64,000 nucleotides of DNA, taken from the NCBI GenBank assembly GCA_964016885.1, contig OZ024749.1, forward strand, positions 6,572,001 through 6,636,000. The letters are read 5' to 3'. The stretch is from Eledone cirrhosa (lineage: Eukaryota). Both the position numbers and the translations under genes were made by a program. This document shows positions 57,118-64,000 of the stretch, piece after piece. Each line of letters begins with the position of its first letter. Position 1 is the first letter of the stretch. Below the pieces are notes generated by a model, which was given only the letters and a program-made list of their open reading frames with translations, was not told where the DNA came from and did no database searches.

Positions 57118-59750
57118 TTAATATATTCCAGCAAACACAAACACACTCACTTTCATACATAAACACACTCATCCACAACTAGACACACTCACTCATATGC
57201 ACATACCCTCACATATAAACTCACATACATACACAGAAATTCACACACACTCACCCACACAAACTCTCACATACAAACACTCACTCACACACATACACAC
57301 AAATTCACACACACTCACCCACAAAAACTCTCACATACATACACACACACTCACCCACACATACACACAAATTCACACACACTCAACCACACATAAACTC
57401 TCACATACATACACACAAATTCATACACACTCACCCACACACAAACTCTCACATACAAACACGCACACTCACCCACACAAAAACTCTCACATACATACAC
57501 ACACACTCACCCACACATACACACAAATTCACACTCACCCACACACAAACTCTCACATACATACACACACGCTCACCCACACATACACACAAATTCACAC
57601 ACACTCAACCACACATAAACTCTCACATACATACACACAAATTCATACACACTCACCCACACACAAACTCTCACATACATACACACACACTCACCCACAC
57701 AAAAACTCTTACATACACACACACACTCACCCACACATACACACAAATTCACACACTCACCCACACACAAACTCTCACATACATACACACACACTCACCC
57801 ACACATACACACAAATTCACACACTCACCCACACACAAACTCTCACATACATACACACACTCACCCACACAAAAACTCTCACATACATACACACACACTC
57901 ACCCACACAAATTCACACACTCACCCACACACAAACTCTCACATACATACACACACACTCACCCACACAAAAACTCTCACATACATACACACACACTCAC
58001 CCACACAAATTCACGCACTCACCCACACACAAACTCTCACATACATACACACACACTCACCCACACATACACACAAATTCACACACTCACCCACACACAA
58101 ACTCTCACATACATACACACACACTCACCCACACAAAAACTCTCACATACATACACACACACTCACCCACACAAATTCACACACTCACCCACACACAAAC
58201 TCTCACATACATACACACACACTCACCCACACATACACACAAATTCACACACTCACCCACACACAAACTCTCACATACATACACACACACTCACCCACAC
58301 AAAAACTCTCACATACATACACACACACTCACCCACACAAATTCACACACTCACCCACACACAAACTCTCACATACATACACACACACTCACCCACACAA
58401 AAACTCTCACATACATACACACACACTAACCCACACAAATTCACACACTCACCCACACACAAACTCTCACATACATACACACACACTCACCCACACAAAA
58501 CTCTCACATACATACACACACACTCACCCACACAAATTCACACACTCACCCACACACAAATTCACACACTCACCCACACACACACTCACCCACACATACA
58601 CACAAATTCACACACTCACCCACACACAAACTCTCACATACATACACACACTCACCCACACAAAAACTCTCACATACATACACACACACTCACCCACACA
58701 AATTCACACACTCACCCACACACAAACTCTCACATACATACACACACACTCACCCACACATACACACAAATTCACACACTCACCCACACACAAACTCTCA
58801 CATACATACACACACACTCACCCACACAAATTCACACACTCACCCACACACAAACTCTCACATACATACACACACACTCACCCACACATACACACACACT
58901 CACCCACACACACACTCACCCATACATACACACACTCACCCACACATACACACAAATTCACACACTCACCCACACACAAACTCTCACATACATACACACA
59001 CACTCACCCACACAAATTCACACACTCACCCACACACAAACTCTCACATACATACACACACACTCACCCACACATACACACACACTCACCCACACACACA
59101 CTCACCCATACATACACACACTCATCCACACATACACACAAATTCACACACACTCACCCACACACACACTCACCCATACATACACACACTCACCCACACA
59201 TACACACAAATTCACACACACTCACCCACACACAAACTCTCACATACATACACACACACTCACCCACACAAATTCACACACTCACCCACACACAAACTCT
59301 CACATACATACACACACACTCACCCACACATACACACACACTCACCCACACACACACTCACCCATACATACACACACTCATCCACACATACACACAAATT
59401 CACACACACTCACCCACACACACACTCACCCATACATACACACACTCACCCACACATACACACAAATTCACACACACTCACCCACACACAAACTCTCACA
59501 TACATACACACACACTCACCCACACAAATTCACACACTCACCCACACACAAACTCTCACATACATACACACACACTCACCCACACATACACACACACTCA
59601 CCCACACACACACTCACCCATACATACACACACTCATCCACACATACACACAAATTCACACACACTCACCCACACACACACTCACCCATACATACACACA
59701 CTCATCCACACATACACACAAATTCACACACACTCACCCACACGTACACA
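56715..59750. repeat. (GA)-rich tract then CA-rich complex repeat
   Basis: acactcacccacacacaaactctcacatacat units. Confidence 0.95.
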
Positions 59751-59827
59751 CAAACAAGATTCCATTATAATTTCAGGTTTAGAATTTTCATTTCAATTGT
59801 TGAGTGACTACAACCTAGACCAAGACA

Positions 59828-60452
59828 GATGGTGATGGTGGTGATGGTGGTGATGGTGATGGTGGTGGTGATGGTGATGGTGGTGATGGTGGTGATGATG
59901 GTGATGGTGGTGATGGTGGTGATGGTGATGGTGGTGGTGATGGTGATGGTGGTGATGGTGGTGATGATGGTGATGGTGGTGGTGGTGGTGATGGTGGTGA
60001 TGGTGGTGATGGTGATGGTGATGGTGGTGATGGTGATGGTGATGGTGGTGGTGATGGTGATGGTGGTGATGGTGATGGTGGTGATGGTGGTGATGGTGGT
60101 GATGGTGATGGTGGTGATGGTGATGGTGGTGATGGTGATGGTGGTGATGGTGGTGATGGTGGTGATGGTGGTGATGGTGGTGATGGTGGTGATGATGGTG
60201 ATGGTGGTGATGGTGGTGATGGTGATGGTGATGGTGATGATGATGGTGGTGATGGTGATGATGATAATGGTGATAATGATGATGGTGATGGTGATAATGA
60301 TGGTGATGATGATGGTGGTGATGGTGATGTTGATGATGACTCTGATGATGATGGTGATAATGATGATGATGATGATGGTGATGATGATGGTGGTGATGGT
60401 GATGATGATGGTGATGGTGATGATGGTGATGATGGTGATGATGGTGGTGATG
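59828..60452. repeat. (GGT/GAT)n trinucleotide tract
   Basis: Direct inspection. Confidence 0.97.
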
Positions 60453-60661
60453 CGCCTGGTGGCAATCCTCATCATCATCACCATGGTCACTATATACTAC
60501 ATATATCAATACTTGAGAGAAAAACACACAATATGTTATGTAATTCCTATTTATTTGTCTCCCCAAATTTTTTTTTTTTTAATTTTAAATTTTTAAAAAC
60601 TAAATTTTGTTTTTCAAAATGTTATATATTTTTAATCCTATTGTTATTCGTTCTTATTATT

Positions 60662-60694
<33 letters not shown>

Positions 60695-60862
60695 GCGATT
60701 ATTGTTATTATCATTTCATTTATCTTGCTTTATGTTCATATGAGTTATCACCAAGTCACAACCAGTGACCTCAAGAGACAACAAGGTCCGCCATGTTCAA
60801 GAAAACCACACATGCACACACACATACACGCACACACACACACACTAACATCCATGTATCTT

Positions 60863-61075
60863 TAGGTGTTTACACCTGTCGTGTACTTATATTGACAGAA
60901 TCTTCCTTAGTATATGGCCAGTTCCCATTAGTACTATCTTTTGTATTTCTTCTATACGCGGGTTTCCTGGCATGTGGGATAAAGTAATCATTAGACCCCT
61001 TGGGTATCATTCCTAGAGCCCCTACAACCACTCGTATTGTTTTAGTTCTCAACTTCAACATTTTTTCAATCTCTG
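60863..61075 (-). mobile_element. 3' fragment of a restriction-like-endonuclease non-LTR retrotransposon (R4/NeSL-type)
   Basis: KTIRVVVGALGMIPKG, then in a shifted frame EIQKIVLMGTGHILRKILSI*, typical RLE C-terminus. Confidence 0.75.
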
Positions 61076-61076
61076 G

Positions 61077-61292
61077 AGTTCAAATCCCGTCGAGGCTAAC
61101 TTTGCCTTTCATCCTTACAGGGTCGATAAAATAAAATACCAGTAATACACTGGGGAAATTGCGGGCCTTGTGTTCAAAGTAGAAACAATTATAAGGGCGG
61201 GGGATTGGCAGTATCAGTAGAGCATCAGACACCATGCTTTGCAGCATAGAGTCATGGCCCTTTGCACCTTGTGCCAAGAGTAGAAACAATTA
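61077..61292 (+). mobile_element. Family A SINE fragments
   Basis: B box-core-tail, then head joined to tail. Confidence 0.8.
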
Positions 61293-62884
61293 TTATCATC
61301 ATTCCCATTTATATTTTTTTTTTTTCTTCTTTTAACCAGACAAATTTCATTACAAGAACAATACATTACACTATGTCTGCATTAATTATATTCTTCATTA
61401 CTGAAATTAAATCCAATTTAAGTGTTGAATTTCAATTGTTTGTTTGTTTGTTAATGTCTCACTGACGCTCCTCTGCAAAATCAACTTGAAAAAAATTGTT
61501 TCTTAAATAACACATAGCCAGACATTTGAAGGTGGGGAGGAGTTAATTGATGAAGTTAACTCCAGTATTTCACTGATATGTATTTCATAAATCGAGTAAG
61601 ATGAATCCCCCCAATTACAGCTATCATAAAAATCCCACTCCTCTCCACTTCTGAAATCGTAGATGGAATATAAAACAGTTGCGGCTAAAAGGTTAAGACC
61701 ATTTCAATAATACGAGGTCATGATATCAATCCCAGTTACCCTGGGAAACATGTTTTTCTTGTTTTTTTTAACCTTAACCTTTGGTCAACCCAAGCTTTGT
61801 GAGTGAAATTTAGTAGATGGAAATATTCTATGGCATTATTTTCTTCTAGTGGAGGGATTAGACTTACAGGCCCCACATAACCCTTAGACACATCACGGGG
61901 TCCTTTTGAGGCAAAGTTTTAAGGTTGAATATCTTTCATTAAGGTCAGCTGCCAACTCCATTATTTGCAGGGATACAGTGTAACTAGCTCTTCTAAACTG
62001 GAGACACAATAACTTGTGTCAACTAGTATTTCTGGAATTTCTGGTTTTCTAAACTGGAGACACACGACAAATCATGTCAACTCGTATCTTTAATATAAAA
62101 TAAAATAATTGTTTTCTAAATTAAAGGTGAGTAGTTTATAATACTTAAAATCTGGGTTCAGTTTTCCCAGCAAGAATTACACAATAAAGCCATTTAATTA
62201 GAATTATTTTAATTCAATGTAATAGAATAAACTAATTTTAATTAAAATACTATTTTTGCTGCGAGTTTCAAACCAATTTTCGTTTTTAAAATAGCAACAA
62301 CAACAAAATATAAAAAAGTAAGAAAAAAATAAACCTAAATTCCCTTTAACAAATATTTTAAAATTTGTAAGAAAGATTTTGAGGGGAAAATAGATATTTG
62401 TGAAAATTGATAACTCTGAAAAAAATAAACATGCAATTTAATGATCCTTTAAAGTTAAAATTTGACATTTTTTTAATCAATGCATGGTAACTTAAGACCA
62501 ATGAAGCAACTGATTGCAAGTTAGCAAGCCAATTTAAATTTTAAAAAAATATATTACAACCTTTAATTTCAGATAGAATTGCAAAAGCAGTTGTGACAAT
62601 TTATGTAACTGAGTTGCAATGGAATTTGGTTGTTGACAAAGAGTGTGTTTAAGTGTGACAAAAAAACTTTGACACAATAAAATATATGAGAAGGGAATTA
62701 AATATTTCTTCAAAATAATGTAGAAAATGCAGCAAATCTTATTTTAGAATATACTTCTGTTGTTTCAGATATTATATTAGTGTTCATCTGATTGGCATTA
62801 TCAAGCACAAATTGATACATATATACACACAGTTTAGACCCTTATAATTTCTTTCCCTTGAAACATATATATATATATATATGT

Positions 62885-63045
62885 TTCAATGGACACACTG
62901 GAAGAGGAAGACCAAGGTTAACGTATGTTGATGCCCTAAGGACAGACACTGGTCTGTTGGAGATGCAGGACATAGCAACAATAATGAGGGACAGAGACCG
63001 TTGGAGAGAACTCGTCCATGGACCTTGGAAATTTTACCCGCCCTA
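62885..63045 (+). mobile_element. LINE (RTE-type) extreme 3' fragment
   Basis: GRGRPRLTYVDALRTDTGL..RDRDRWRELV; shorter copy at 33602-33695 on minus. Confidence 0.75.
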
Positions 63046-64000
63046 GATAGATATATATATATATTGGACTGACAGCTGACGCCATCCCACTCCCTCAATT
63101 AAAAGAACTACTTCGACCTATGCTTGACCGCACTGATTCCGAGTGCTATGCATAATAACTTGATTAGTCGCGAGCAGCAGAGGACATGTTCCATTCCTCT
63201 CCGACAGATAACCCCCCCCTCGGAAAACTCCCAAGTTGATGGATGGGAATCCGAAATATAGGGACAATTAAATCACTCCCAAGGTAACTCTATCTCATGT
63301 TATTATTTTTATTTTTTACGCTCTTTCCTACGTTCCTCTACACACTATACATCTCATTCTACAGTCCCTTACATCTCTCTCTCCACCACCGGATCTTGTT
63401 ACCCGGAGAATTACCCATCTGCATTGTTGAGGCTTCCAAAACGACCAAAAGATAATAAATCTTATTATTCCACAATGCTTCAAGCAAACTTCAATACTCT
63501 CATACATATATATATATTCTTTCTTCTGATGAAGGACTAGCGTCCAAACCGTTAACACCCTCTTCCTGCTATATCAAGCATTAACCTAATATATATCTTC
63601 CATATACTCTACCGATTGTGTTGTTATTTATGTTTACCTTTTACATATCATCATCATCAACGTTTAACGCCCATCTTCCATGCTTGCATGGGTTTCTATA
63701 TATATATATATACACACATATATACACTATATACACTAGGTCCAAACACAAAAGAACCAAACTCCCACTGTCACGTCTCTACCTCTCCGCCTCTCCTCAT
63801 CTCTCACTATTGTAAGCAAATGGGAGCTCAGGCGTTGGCTGCCCCCCAACAGTGGACTGGTTACCTTGCAGCCCCAGTGGACAGAATAAAGGTGTTTCTC
63901 TGGAGGATGGTCAGGGAGACATGCTGGAAGAACCATTCCAGCTCACGAGTGAATATAATATAGTTTTGGTGTCTTTTTAATCCTTTATTTCATAGTATCT

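Noticed and set aside
49733-61465. Other + strand exon-like pieces (49733-49851, 61340-61465)
   Set aside because: Weak splice support and no recognisable protein

Overview
AT-rich eukaryotic DNA, almost entirely non-coding and saturated with (TA)n, (CA)n, (GA)n and (CAT/GAT)n microsatellites. The repeat content (tRNA-derived SINEs with RTE-type tails ending in (GAT)n, RTE LINE fragments) suggests an octopus/coleoid cephalopod genome; this is inference. Nearly all listed ORFs are low-complexity artefacts. Supportable content: two SINE families, RTE and R4/NeSL-type LINE remnants, piggyBac-type MITEs carrying a 72-bp satellite, several minisatellites, a 200-N gap, and a few isolated exon-like segments of unknown identity. 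The main signal is a high density of minimal type I hammerhead ribozyme (HHR) motifs: about 15 fold well by eye and several more are decayed. They occur in two architectures, mostly at (TA)n tracts: (i) head-to-head palindromes with a mirror HHR on each strand, and (ii) 340-710 bp units with terminal direct repeats, like Penelope-associated elements or non-LTR retrozymes. Three of the latter share an octamer (ATGCAAAT) 88-100 bp upstream of the HHR core, and two also have a PSE-like/TATA-like block. All folds were made by eye; no database search was possible.
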